Shown: positions 23,228 to 33,016, numbered from the stretch's first letter. The stretch is DNA of 64,000 bases from Patescibacteria group bacterium (GCA_038056395.1 JBBUFS010000004.1:884-64883), one strand, 5' to 3'. Notes: generated by a model not told the origin, from the sequence alone. Numbers and translations: made by a program.

Positions 23228-25684
23228 TTATGATTTCTTATGATGAGGAGCGTTGATTAATCCGCATTGTTTATATTTATAGACTTTGCCAGTACTAGGA
23301 TTTATTGCGCCACAAGGACAAGGATCATTGCGCCCAATTTTTTTTCCTCCTTCTCCCCTCTCCTTCACAAGGAGAGGAGCTGGGGGTGAGGTCGTAATTT
23401 TAAGAGCTTGATTCTGCACCTCCGCAGCTTCCACCGACACTCCCAGCTGTTCCGTAAGCTTCTTTAAATTTTCTTCAATAGTATTTTCAACATTTTGTTC
23501 CATTTCTTTAAAAAGCTTCAGGCCTTCTCTTTTATATTCAACCAGCGGGTCCCTCTGGCCATAAGCCCGCAAATTAACCGAACCGCGCAAATAATCCATC
23601 ATCTCTAGATGTTCCACCCAAAACATATCAAAAGTCTGCAATTTTAGACTGCGGATTTTTTCATCTTTCTCTTCTGTCAATATCTTTCGGCGGCGCTCGT
23701 AAAAAGTTTTCCTCTGAAAATTTAAAACATCATCATATTCAAGAATATGCTTGCGGGCGTCAAAATTGAGGCCCTCTATTTTTTCCTGAGCGCTCTCCAG
23801 AGATTTGGTAATCAGCCGATTTTCAATGGCTTCATCTTCGGGAATGCCCAGACGGCCCATCATATTTTTGACCGTATCAGCGGCAAAAACTCTCATAATA
23901 TGGTCTTCCATAGAAACAAAAAATTGAGTTTCTCCGGGGTCGCCTTGACGGCCGGACCGGCCGCGAAGTTGGTTGTCTATGCGCCTGGCATCATGCCTCT
24001 CGGTACCTAAAACAAAAAGACCGCCTAAACTTTTAACTTTCTCATGGGCCTCCTTATTGAAAGGAGCGCCTCCGAGTTTTATATCAACTCCGCGGCCAGC
24101 CATGTTGGTGGCCACCGTTACAGCGCCAAACCGGCCAGCCTGAGCGATAATTTCTCCTTCTCTTTCGTGATTTTTGGCGTTCAACATTTCAAAATTAACA
24201 CCTGCCGTTTTCAAATATTCTCCCAGCAGTTCATTCTTTTCAATAGAGATTGTGCCAATCAGGACTGGCTGGCCATTTTTTTGAAGCTCTTTCACTTTTT
24301 GGGCGATAGCCAAAAGTTTGCCTTTTTCGGTCTGGAAAATGAGGTCATTTTTGTCTGCCCTAGCGCCCGGTTTATTGGTTGGTATGGCTATAGTGTTGAG
24401 GCCGTAAACTTTGTAAAACTCTTCAGAAGAAGTGATGGCGGTACCGGTCATGCCCGAAAGTTTTTCGTACATCCTGAAATAATTTTGATAGGTGATGGAG
24501 GCAAAAGTCCGGCTTTCTTTTTGGACGCTGACATTTTCCTTGGCTTCAATGGCTTGATGCAAACCTTCTGACCAGCGCCGGCCCGGTTGTAGCCGGCCCG
24601 TATAGGGATCAACAATAATCACCTCGTCTTCCTTAACCACATAATCTTTATCAATATGATAGAGAGCTTTGGCTTTAATGGCGGTTTCCAGATGATGCAC
24701 CAATTTTATGCCCCCCTCGGCATAAATATTTCCCAAACCCAAAATTTCTTCCGCTTTGCTTATGCCCTCATCAGTTAAAAGCACGGCGTGCATTTTTTCA
24801 TCAACATTGTAATGTTCATTCTCTTTCAATTTATTCGCCACCAAAGCAAATTTTTTATATAAAGAGTCGGATTCCGCCGCCGGCGCGGAAATAATAAGCG
24901 GCGTTCTGGCCTCATCAATCAAAATAGAATCTATTTCATCTACGATGGCAAAGTGATGCCTTTTTTGCCTGACACTTTCATATTTATATTCAAGATTGTC
25001 GCGCAGATAATCAAAACCGAATTCACTGTTGGTGCCGTAAGTAATATCGGCTTCATATGCTTCCACTCTGCTGCAAGGTTTTAAAAATTCATGCACTATT
25101 TTAAAACTGCCTTTCTCATCTCTTTCTTTATCTAGTGTTTCCTCATTTTGATTTTTGATATTTGAATTTTGAATTTTAGCTTCAATATTTGCATTATATA
25201 AAAAGCTTGACTCATGAGCAATTACCGATACGGTAAGTCCCAGGGCATTATATATTTCCCCCATCCAAACAGCATCGCGGCGGGAAAGATAATCATTGAC
25301 CGTCACCACATGCACTCCTTTGCCGGCCAAAGCGTTAAGATAGGCCGGCAGAGTGGCTACTAAAGTTTTGCCCTCTCCAGTGCGCATTTCAGCGATGCCC
25401 CCCTGATGCATCACCATACCGCCCAAAAGTTGGACATCAAAATGTCTTTCATTTAAAGTTCTTTTAGCTGCTTCCCGCACACAAGCAAAAGCTTCCAGCA
25501 AAATATTTTCAAGTGTTTCTCCTTTTTTTAATCTTTCTTTGAATTCAGTAGTTTTATTTTTTAATTCCTCATCAGACAATTTAGAAATAGCTTCCTCAAA
25601 GCCGTTTATTTTGGGAATTAAAGGCGATATTTCTTTTATATATCTTTTACTCGAATCTCCAAATATTTTGTTCAAAAATGACAT
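23228..25684 (-). CDS. secA: Preprotein translocase ATPase SecA
   Basis: 818 aa; HFDVQLLGGMVMHQGGIAEMRTGEGKTLVATLPAYLNALAGKGVHVVTVNDYLSRRD (DEAD-motor and preprotein-binding region); C-terminal zinc finger CPCGAINPSTGKVYKYKQC. Confidence 0.95.
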   Translation of the reverse strand: MSFLNKIFGDSSKRYIKEISPLIPKINGFEEAISKLSDEELKNKTTEFKERLKKGETLENILLEAFACVREAAKRTLNERHFDVQLLGGMVMHQGGIAEMRTGEGKTLVATLPAYLNALAGKGVHVVTVNDYLSRRDAVWMGEIYNALGLTVSVIAHESSFLYNANIEAKIQNSNIKNQNEETLDKERDEKGSFKIVHEFLKPCSRVEAYEADITYGTNSEFGFDYLRDNLEYKYESVRQKRHHFAIVDEIDSILIDEARTPLIISAPAAESDSLYKKFALVANKLKENEHYNVDEKMHAVLLTDEGISKAEEILGLGNIYAEGGIKLVHHLETAIKAKALYHIDKDYVVKEDEVIIVDPYTGRLQPGRRWSEGLHQAIEAKENVSVQKESRTFASITYQNYFRMYEKLSGMTGTAITSSEEFYKVYGLNTIAIPTNKPGARADKNDLIFQTEKGKLLAIAQKVKELQKNGQPVLIGTISIEKNELLGEYLKTAGVNFEMLNAKNHEREGEIIAQAGRFGAVTVATNMAGRGVDIKLGGAPFNKEAHEKVKSLGGLFVLGTERHDARRIDNQLRGRSGRQGDPGETQFFVSMEDHIMRVFAADTVKNMMGRLGIPEDEAIENRLITKSLESAQEKIEGLNFDARKHILEYDDVLNFQRKTFYERRRKILTEEKDEKIRSLKLQTFDMFWVEHLEMMDYLRGSVNLRAYGQRDPLVEYKREGLKLFKEMEQNVENTIEENLKKLTEQLGVSVEAAEVQNQALKITTSPPAPLLVKERGEGGKKIGRNDPCPCGAINPSTGKVYKYKQCGLINAPHHKKS

Positions 25685-25715
25685 AATAAAGTCATATTAT
25701 CACAAAAACAAAAAC

Positions 25716-25739
25716 TCCGCGTAGAGCGGAATTTTTGTT
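25716..25739 (-). promoter_or_regulatory. Short GC hairpin (tccgc-gtaga-gcgga) followed by a U-rich tract, about 30 nt upstream of the secA ATG in the mRNA leader
   Basis: Read from the sequence; on the minus strand: ccgctctacgcgga GUUUUUGUUUUUGUG ... ATG. Confidence 0.25.
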
Positions 25740-25958
25740 AAGTGGGAAAAGAGATTAAGCTCTCCTCTTCTTTGTTGCTTTTTTTTTCTTTGCCATTTTA
25801 GTGAAAGACCCTGCAGACGCAGGATAAATTATTTTTAAGCGCGCTTACTCCGATAAAAATTTATTTTAAATTTTTCGGAATGATCGACCTTGAGTTAATT
25901 ATCGCTCTAAAAAATTTTTAAGTAAATGATTTTTTGCAAAAATGTGGGGATAACTTTT

Positions 25959-26002
25959 AAAAAATAATTTTTGAAATTTTTTATTTTCAAAAATTATTTT
26001 TT
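25959..26002. repeat. Pure A/T inverted repeat, 18-nt arms (aaaaaataatttttgaaa / tttcaaaaattatttttt) with 8-nt spacer
   Basis: Arms are exact reverse complements; located in the 600-nt secA upstream region. Confidence 0.4.
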
Positions 26003-26003
26003 A

Positions 26004-26215
26004 TGTCGCCGCGTGGATGGCGGAAGCGATCTCCAAAACAAATGTCTATGTGAGTGCGAACCGCCACCCGCGCCGCGATACATGCTAAGTATAAATGAAA
26101 ATAAAAAAATATCAACGAAAAATCGCTATTACTAGCGACCTTTCGCAGACATTCATTTGTGTGGAAATTACTATTGCCACACTCACACCGCACAAGTGTA
26201 GCATATTACAAAAAT
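26004..26215. ncRNA. Locally GC-rich (about 55-60%) roughly 210-nt non-coding segment with internal complementarities (gtgtgg...ccacac; gtgagtg...cactcac); candidate structured RNA or gene relic of unknown class
   Basis: Composition contrast with flanking AT-rich DNA. No convincing ORF (the 68-aa track ORF 25987..26193 looks spurious). No match by eye to tRNA, tmRNA, RNase P or SRP consensus. Confidence 0.2.
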
Positions 26216-26229
26216 AATGCAAGGAAATT

Positions 26230-26270
26230 GAGGATGACCCTTTGGGGCAGGGTCTTCAAGGGTCATCCTC
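26230..26270. repeat. 41-nt hairpin element gaggatgaccc...gggtcatcctc (partner of 17567-17607), 24 nt downstream of the stop of 26294..28594(-)
   Basis: See 17567-17607. Confidence 0.55.
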
Positions 26271-26293
26271 TGGGAGAAGGTGCCCTTTGACTT

Positions 26294-28594
26294 TTACGGA
26301 TTTCTCCCTGCTTGTATCTCCTTTATATAATATTCTCCCTTCTCCTTAAAAGACGGGTCTAATTTTATAATATTCTGTATTTCTTGCACTGCCTCCCCTC
26401 TTCTTCCCGCTTGCAAGTAGGCGGCAGTAAGCGTAATTCGGTGCTGCATATTGCCAGAGTCAAGCTCAACTCTTTTCTTAGCTACTTCAATAATTTCCGG
26501 AAACTTTTTGAGGGCCAGCAACACCGTGATATATCTATCATCAAAAATAATTTTTGATTCCGGCATGCCTTTCAAAATTTCATCCGAAAGAGACTTGTTA
26601 TTTGAAGCAAGAAGAGTTAAACCATAAATAAATTTGGCTTCTTCGTACGATGGTTCTAATTCATAAGCGGTTTTAGCCGCCTGTAAAGCTTCTGTGAACT
26701 TGCCGTCAAGAAGAAGATTGCTTGTCAGTTCAAAATATATTTGCTGTTTATTGGGAGAAAGTTTTTTGGCTTCTGTCAATTGTTCAATGGCTTTGCCATA
26801 CCAGCCAAATCTGGAAAGAAAAATTCCATAGAAAAGCCGATAACGGGCATCATTGGGAACTCTTGCCAAATGTTTTACAAAAGCCTTATCCACCGTATCA
26901 AATAATTTCTGCTTCAGCTCTCCTGAAGCGTTTGGATTGGCCGCCACATTAATGGCTGCCTGCGATATATGCTCTAAACTTTCGGAAAAGCCCATGCCAT
27001 ATCCAGCCAGAGGTTTGGCGTAAATTTCAATAGTTCCTATCTTTCCTCCATTATTTAATTTCAAAACCGCCAACAAATCCTTATTTTGCCGCCACGGCGC
27101 ATAAATAACAAAATATACAATCGTTATCGCCAAAATTAATATTAATGCCTCTATGACGGGTTTTAATTTCTCACTCTCAAGTATTTTTTTGATTTTTGTT
27201 GAAATTTTATCCCACCAAAACATTGGTGTTTCCGGCGCGCGAGAATGCACATAAGCCAGAATAGTAAAAAATAATATGTAACTGCTTATCTGATCAAAAA
27301 CAAAAATATTGTTGAATAAATATGCCGAGATAAGGCCCAATATTACGGCCTTGTCTTTTCTCTCCAATAAATCGTCCTTGGCTTTAATTATGTAATAAAA
27401 AAGGGAGAAAATTATTGCCAGATAGGAAAGCAGGCCTAAAGCGCCGCCGGCAATCAGCCAATCAAGATAAGTGTCATGAGCCCGATCAAACCACGGTTCC
27501 TGATTATACATTCGCGGGTCATAATATTTGTTGAAAACAAAATTGAAGCCCTCCTGCCCCCAGCCCAGAATCGGTTTTTCAATAAATCCCTTGATGGCCA
27601 TAGGCCAAACATAGTATCTGCCTTGGGTTTTTATTTCAGAAGGTGAAAGAGAGGAAAATCGACTCAAAACATAGTCATTTTTGACAAAAGCAGCATTCTT
27701 CACGGATAGAAACAAACCCACAAAAATAACGAGGCCTAAAATACTTGCGCCAGCCATTTTTCTTATTTTGTCGCCTTTCTCAGATTTCAACAGCAGAAAA
27801 ACGAAAGTTATAAAAACTCCGCCAATTAAACCCAAAATGGCTCCCCTGGTAGCGGTAAAGTAAAGCACGGTTAAATCAGCCAGAAAAACAATCCCCAATA
27901 AAATTTTCGCCCACAAACTTTTGGACCGGACAAACAGAAGAGCGGCAAAGAAAATATGGAAGACCATATAAATGGCCAGATAAGAAGCGTTGCCCAAAGT
28001 GCCATCTACTCTTACTCCTCCCTGATTGATATTAATCTTTCCGGCGATTTGCAAAAAAGAATAAGTAGCCATAATGGCCGAAGCGCCAAGACTGGTAGCC
28101 AAAAGTCTATTCCATATTTCTTGAGTTTTTAGGACAGAGCTCAAAACCAAAAAATAAGCGCCGAGATGCAAAAGGGTGATGTAACCTTCCATTCTTTCAT
28201 AATTGCTCCAAAAAGCTTTGAATGGATTTTGAGCGAAAATGTCAGCCACCCCCATTGCCAACAGAAACAAAAAAATGGAGCTTAATATCCAAGAAAATTT
28301 TGGCCGATAAGATTCGTCTCTGATGGCCAATACCAGATAACAGGCAAAGATGATTTCAACAATAATCCTAAAAACAAAAGCTTTGCCTGTAATAAAAGGA
28401 AAGAAAAGCGAGGATGCAACAATAAACGGCACAAACGGTATGGCAAAAAGCCCGGCCAAAATAATATATCTGAGTTGATTGTTAGACATAAATGCAAGTA
28501 TACCAAATATAAAAATAAAATGAAAAGATAGAAAAAATTTCTTATTTCTGTTATTATAACTCATTATGGAATTGACGGTTATTAGACCACACAA
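26294..28594 (-). CDS. Polytopic membrane protein with O-antigen-ligase/Wzy_C-type domain and C-terminal TPR repeats; candidate oligosaccharyl (O-)transferase or ligase
   Basis: 766 aa; about 12 TM helices, FTATRGAILGLIGG (Wzy_C signature region); C-terminal TPR-like repeats (AIEQLTEAKKLSPNKQQIYFELTSNLLLDGKFTEALQAAKTAYELEPSYEEAKFIYGLTL...). Confidence 0.6.
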   Translation of the reverse strand: MCGLITVNSIMSYNNRNKKFFLSFHFIFIFGILAFMSNNQLRYIILAGLFAIPFVPFIVASSLFFPFITGKAFVFRIIVEIIFACYLVLAIRDESYRPKFSWILSSIFLFLLAMGVADIFAQNPFKAFWSNYERMEGYITLLHLGAYFLVLSSVLKTQEIWNRLLATSLGASAIMATYSFLQIAGKININQGGVRVDGTLGNASYLAIYMVFHIFFAALLFVRSKSLWAKILLGIVFLADLTVLYFTATRGAILGLIGGVFITFVFLLLKSEKGDKIRKMAGASILGLVIFVGLFLSVKNAAFVKNDYVLSRFSSLSPSEIKTQGRYYVWPMAIKGFIEKPILGWGQEGFNFVFNKYYDPRMYNQEPWFDRAHDTYLDWLIAGGALGLLSYLAIIFSLFYYIIKAKDDLLERKDKAVILGLISAYLFNNIFVFDQISSYILFFTILAYVHSRAPETPMFWWDKISTKIKKILESEKLKPVIEALILILAITIVYFVIYAPWRQNKDLLAVLKLNNGGKIGTIEIYAKPLAGYGMGFSESLEHISQAAINVAANPNASGELKQKLFDTVDKAFVKHLARVPNDARYRLFYGIFLSRFGWYGKAIEQLTEAKKLSPNKQQIYFELTSNLLLDGKFTEALQAAKTAYELEPSYEEAKFIYGLTLLASNNKSLSDEILKGMPESKIIFDDRYITVLLALKKFPEIIEVAKKRVELDSGNMQHRITLTAAYLQAGRRGEAVQEIQNIIKLDPSFKEKGEYYIKEIQAGRNP

Positions 28595-29384
28595 AACATT
28601 TAGTTTGAAGGATATTAAAGAGCTCTGGCAATACAGAGAGCTTTTGTATTTTTTTACCTGGCGTGATTTAAAGGTTCGTTATAAGCAGACCTTTATAGGT
28701 GTGGCTTGGGCCATATTTCAGCCATTTATTACCATGGTGATTTTTTCCATATTCTTCGGCGGGCTAGCCAAAATGCCTTCCGACGGAGTACCTTATCCCA
28801 TTTTTGTTTTTGTCGGCCTTTTGTTTTGGCAATTTTTCTCCAGCGCCCTCTCTGAAACAAGCGGTTCTCTCATTGGTAACCAATCTATTATTACCAAAGT
28901 TTATTTTCCTCGCTTAATTTTGCCGGTCTCCGGTGTAATAACCAAATTTATAGACTTTTTAATCGCCACCCTAATATTGATAGGCCTTATGTTTTATTAC
29001 GGATATACGCCCCATATTTCGGGCCTTTTGATTTTGCCTCTTCTGCTTCTGATTACTTTCATGGCCTCTATAGGGTTGGGACTTTTTTTGGCAGCCATAA
29101 ATGTTAAATACAGAGATGTGAGGTATGCTTTGCCTTTTTTTATACAGATACTTTTGTTTCTTACTCCGGTTATTTATCCCGCTTCCATCGCCGGCAAATA
29201 TTCTTTTCTTCTGGCCATTAATCCCATGATGGGTGTTATTCAAAGCGCCAGAGCGGCCATACTCGGCACTTCACCCATCAACTGGTTACTGGTGGAAATT
29301 TCTCTGGCGGGCACGTTTGTTCTTCTTATATTCGGAATATACATATTTAAAAAAACCGAGCGCTACTTTGCCGACATAATATAG
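28566..29384 (+). CDS. ABC-2 type polysaccharide/teichoic-acid export permease (Wzm/TagG-like)
   Basis: ELWQYRELLYFFTWRDLKVRYKQTFIGVAWAIFQPF is the classic ABC-2 permease N-terminus; 6 TM segments. Confidence 0.8.
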   Translation: MELTVIRPHKTFSLKDIKELWQYRELLYFFTWRDLKVRYKQTFIGVAWAIFQPFITMVIFSIFFGGLAKMPSDGVPYPIFVFVGLLFWQFFSSALSETSGSLIGNQSIITKVYFPRLILPVSGVITKFIDFLIATLILIGLMFYYGYTPHISGLLILPLLLLITFMASIGLGLFLAAINVKYRDVRYALPFFIQILLFLTPVIYPASIAGKYSFLLAINPMMGVIQSARAAILGTSPINWLLVEISLAGTFVLLIFGIYIFKKTERYFADII

Positions 29385-29393
29385 ACGAAAATT

Positions 29394-30671
29394 ATGGAAA
29401 AACCGATTATAGAAATTAGAAATATAAGCAAAAAATATAATATCGCCCATCAGCGTGGTGGCTATGTGGCTTTGCGCGATGTTTTGATGAATGTGCTTAA
29501 ATCCCCCTTCTATTTTTTGAAATCAAAAGCCAAGCAAGTTGCCGGATTTGAAAAAAAGGAAGAATTCTGGGCCCTTAAAGATGTCAATTTTTCGGTTCAA
29601 AAAGGCGAAGTGGTGGGAATTATAGGGGCCAACGGCGCGGGCAAATCCACCCTGCTTAAAATCCTCTCTCAAATCACCCCCCCGACCGAGGGCGAGATTA
29701 TTTTACGAGGCAGAGTCGGCTCGCTTTTGGAAGTCGGCACGGGCTTTCATCCGGAATTGACCGGCCGGGAAAATATATTTTTGAATGGAGCTATTTTGGG
29801 CATGAAGAAAAAGGAGATAGCCCAAAAATTTGACGAGATTGTGGAGTTTGCCGGCATAGGAAAATTTTTGGACACACCAGTCAAATATTATTCAAGCGGT
29901 ATGTATGTACGACTGGCTTTTTCAGTAGCCGCTTATATGGAACCGGATATTTTGATAATTGATGAAGTTCTGGCCGTGGGCGACGCCGAGTTCCAAAAAA
30001 AATGTTTGGGTAAGATGGAGGAAATAACAAAAGAAGAAGGCAGAACTATTCTTTTTGTAAGCCATAATATGGAGGCCATAAGAAGAATGTGCAGCCACTG
30101 CATTCTTTTGGATAAGGGAAAAATCACTTTCAAAGGAAATACGGGAGATACTTTGTCGGCTTATGATAAAAGCGACACAAAACTTGGAATAAACAAAGGA
30201 GGAAACAGAAAAAATCAAAGCCGAAGAGGTTCGGGGACTTTGAGTTTTACTGATATAAAAATTTTGGATGATTTAAACAAAGAAAGAAACATTTTTAAGA
30301 CGGGAGAGGCCGTCAGATTCAAAATGTCTTATGTTGTTTGTGAAGAAATGCGGGGGCTTCATGCCAGCGTTTGTTTTTTTTCAAACAAAACCAGGGAGTT
30401 GCTCACTAGCATACGTTATGAAATAAAAAGCGGCGTCGTGGCAAAAAATGAAACCGGCACGGCAACTATAGAAGTAGAGCTGACGATTATAAGGCCGGGT
30501 GAATACTCATTGTATTTTTGGCTGGGTGACGAAGCGGCCACCAAACAAGGCACTCCAACAAACTACGATATTGTTGACGGCATAACCAAACCGCTTATTA
30601 TAGAAGCTAAAAATGAAGAAGAAAAAAAACTGACTGGTAGCTTCTCCTTGCCTTCAAAAATTATAAAATAG
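29394..30671 (+). CDS. ABC transporter ATP-binding protein, Wzt/TagH-like, with C-terminal extension (possible carbohydrate-binding domain)
   Basis: Walker A GANGAGKST, signature YSSGMYVRLAFSVA, Walker B ILIIDEVLAVGD; about 170-aa C-terminal beta-rich extension. Confidence 0.85.
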   Translation: MEKPIIEIRNISKKYNIAHQRGGYVALRDVLMNVLKSPFYFLKSKAKQVAGFEKKEEFWALKDVNFSVQKGEVVGIIGANGAGKSTLLKILSQITPPTEGEIILRGRVGSLLEVGTGFHPELTGRENIFLNGAILGMKKKEIAQKFDEIVEFAGIGKFLDTPVKYYSSGMYVRLAFSVAAYMEPDILIIDEVLAVGDAEFQKKCLGKMEEITKEEGRTILFVSHNMEAIRRMCSHCILLDKGKITFKGNTGDTLSAYDKSDTKLGINKGGNRKNQSRRGSGTLSFTDIKILDDLNKERNIFKTGEAVRFKMSYVVCEEMRGLHASVCFFSNKTRELLTSIRYEIKSGVVAKNETGTATIEVELTIIRPGEYSLYFWLGDEAATKQGTPTNYDIVDGITKPLIIEAKNEEEKKLTGSFSLPSKIIK

Positions 30672-31191
30672 ATTTTACCATCATAACGCTGTTTATATAT
30701 TTGCCGTTAAAAAGAAAGAGTTCTTTTCTAACATCTTCTATTGTAAAACCGTTTTTGGTAAATGCTTTGATTGAACCGGTGTTATTTTCATATGCCCCAG
30801 CTATAATTTTATGCAACTTTAATCTATTAAAAGAAAAATCAGACAAAAGACCAATGGCCTCACTGGCATAGCCATGACCCCAAGAATCTTTGTCGCCAAT
30901 CATAATTCCGATTTCAGCAAATTTATGATGTTTGTTTATAGGACCTAATTTTATATTGCCTATATGCTTATCAGAATCTTTACGAATAATAGCCAAAAAT
31001 ATATAACTGGAATCTTTCAAGACATTATTAATATATTCTCTTAAGTTTTTTGACGTATGTTTAGAAAACCTGCTCTCCAGATATTGGTTGACTTCCGGAT
31101 CATTAAGCCAACCGACATATTCTTTGGTGGCGTCGGAGATTTCAACCGGTCTTAAATAAATAAGGGTTCCCTCTAATTTTATTTTTTTCAT
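30661..31191 (-). CDS. GNAT family N-acetyltransferase (RimL-like; a PseH-like role is possible)
   Basis: 176 aa; ...IGNIKLGPINKHHKFAEIGIMIGDKDSWGHGYASEAIGLLSDFSFNRLKLHKIIAGAYENNTGSIKAFTKNGF is a typical GNAT core. Confidence 0.7.
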   Translation of the reverse strand: MKKIKLEGTLIYLRPVEISDATKEYVGWLNDPEVNQYLESRFSKHTSKNLREYINNVLKDSSYIFLAIIRKDSDKHIGNIKLGPINKHHKFAEIGIMIGDKDSWGHGYASEAIGLLSDFSFNRLKLHKIIAGAYENNTGSIKAFTKNGFTIEDVRKELFLFNGKYINSVMMVKSIL

Positions 31192-31222
31192 TCTTGTTAG
31201 ATTGGTTCGGCAAAAATAATAA

Positions 31223-32293
31223 TTAAAAATATACTGCCTCGGCCATATGGGCAGTTTGTTTGAAAAGGTCTTGCCGCCACGCCGGATTATTGTTGAAATA
31301 ATTGTCTTTCATGGCATGGGTCAATCTAGACAATGCCTCATCTCGAATAAAATATGGTATTGTTGCAAGTTCTTTTTTATCTATGGGGCAAATATCTTGG
31401 TATGCATTAAGAAAAATATTTTTAGCTTCCGCTGCCACTTTTGAATAGTCGGTTAGATTATTAAATATAATATATTGTCGCGCCATTCTGTGGAGAGCAA
31501 AAGCGAGAGAGCGTGTTTTTTCAAGATAATGCAATGAATCAAAATCAATAATTGCTGCTATTTTTTTGCCGTTAGCTAAAAGATTGTGGGGATGAAGGTC
31601 AAAATGAACAATGCCCCAAGCGGTACTGCGCGGTTTTTGTTTTATAACATTGCGAACATCTTTAAGAATAAAATCCTCTTTAACCAGAAGATCAGCATGA
31701 AACTGGTCCTTTGGATTATTTTTCTGCTGGTGGCGCGCCTCTTGAAATATCTTTTTCCATATAGAAAGATTATACGACCTTAATTCTCTGACTTTTTTTA
31801 GCAATGAAAGCTTTTTTCGCTGCTTGCCCGTTATAGGCAGACAAGCCAGGGCTTTATCCAATTTACCAATTTCCCTGCCAGCGCTTTCAATCTCTTGGCG
31901 CGTCCCCCGATAATGGTCGGCATTGAGAAATATAAAAAGCGCGTATGGGTTATTCTCATCTATAACAAATAATTGTTTGCTTTGGGACGGCACCAAATGT
32001 GGCACATTCACTCCTTTGATAGAAAGTTTTTCCATAAGTTTAAGAGTTTCCCCTATCGCCGCCTGATTTCTAACACCCATATAACGCCGAAGCAAATATG
32101 TGTTTTTGTTTGTCGTAATCTTAAAATTATTGCTGTTGATTTCCGCTTCATCAACTTGTTCAATAGTTAAAATATTTTGGGGTTCAATGCCATAGCAGGA
32201 ACCGGCAATGTTCTTCACATTTTCGGCCTCTTTTTGGCTGACAGGTCTATAATGTATCTTCCACTTGCTGTGATTGTTGGGCTGAAAAATCAT
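31223..32293 (-). CDS. Aminoglycoside-phosphotransferase (APH)/choline-kinase-fold kinase
   Basis: GIVHFDLHPHNLL ... IIDFDS (catalytic loop HxDxxxxN and DFD motif of the APH/ChoK family). Confidence 0.6.
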   Translation of the reverse strand: MIFQPNNHSKWKIHYRPVSQKEAENVKNIAGSCYGIEPQNILTIEQVDEAEINSNNFKITTNKNTYLLRRYMGVRNQAAIGETLKLMEKLSIKGVNVPHLVPSQSKQLFVIDENNPYALFIFLNADHYRGTRQEIESAGREIGKLDKALACLPITGKQRKKLSLLKKVRELRSYNLSIWKKIFQEARHQQKNNPKDQFHADLLVKEDFILKDVRNVIKQKPRSTAWGIVHFDLHPHNLLANGKKIAAIIDFDSLHYLEKTRSLAFALHRMARQYIIFNNLTDYSKVAAEAKNIFLNAYQDICPIDKKELATIPYFIRDEALSRLTHAMKDNYFNNNPAWRQDLFKQTAHMAEAVYF

Positions 32294-32389
32294 GCATTAA
32301 AATATACCATAGAACCCCAAAACAAACCAGCATTTAATTTATAAAGTGTCAATATATAACAAAAATTTCGTCTCGAGTAATATAAGGAC

Positions 32390-33013
32390 ATGGGCGTGAA
32401 AAATGCTGAAAAAATAAAAGCTGTTATTTTTGACTGGGCGGGAGTGTTTTGTTCTCCTGGTGAACTTTTTTCACATCCAGCCCTAGCGACTCAAACAGGC
32501 CTGAATGTTGACGAAATGGGTGAACAGACCGCATCTATCCAACACGCTTATTATACCGGCACGATAAACAGCAAAGAATTTTGGGAGCAATCTTCCAATC
32601 TTTTGGGTCCTGCAGGTTTGTCCGAAACAGAATTGCGCGACGCATATCTTGCTTCTTACAGAATCTATCCGGAAATGCTTGGGCTTGCTTTAAATCTCAA
32701 ACAGAAATATAAAACATTGCTTCTTTCTAATTTAACGGCTGAAATGACGGAAGATATTAAAAAAAAATATGGAGTAAAAAAATATTTTCATCATGCTATT
32801 TTTTCAAACGAAGTCGGCTTGATGAAACCGGACCCTAAAATTTTTGAACTTGCCGTTGAAAAAATTAATATTCCGATAAAAAACATTGTTTTTATTGACG
32901 ACTCGCAAACCAATATCAAAGTCGCTGAGCATCTCGGTTTCCATATAATATTGTTCAAAAATCCGACTCAATGCCGGCAAGAGCTGAGAGATTTGGGGGT
33001 AACTATAATTTAA
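32390..33013 (+). CDS. HAD-superfamily hydrolase (subfamily IA)
   Basis: AVIFDWAGVF (motif I DxD-like), LLSNLT, VFIDDSQTNIKVAEHLG (motif IV). Confidence 0.7.
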   Translation: MGVKNAEKIKAVIFDWAGVFCSPGELFSHPALATQTGLNVDEMGEQTASIQHAYYTGTINSKEFWEQSSNLLGPAGLSETELRDAYLASYRIYPEMLGLALNLKQKYKTLLLSNLTAEMTEDIKKKYGVKKYFHHAIFSNEVGLMKPDPKIFELAVEKINIPIKNIVFIDDSQTNIKVAEHLGFHIILFKNPTQCRQELRDLGVTII

Positions 33014-33016
33014 TTA

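Noticed and set aside
23747-24571. Plus-strand ORFs inside secA (87 aa, 175 aa)
   Set aside because: Antisense to an unambiguous secA reading frame.
25987-26193. 68-aa minus-strand ORF in the secA upstream region
   Set aside because: Cys/Arg-rich improbable translation, no RBS, and it lies in a GC-rich non-coding island; treated as non-coding.
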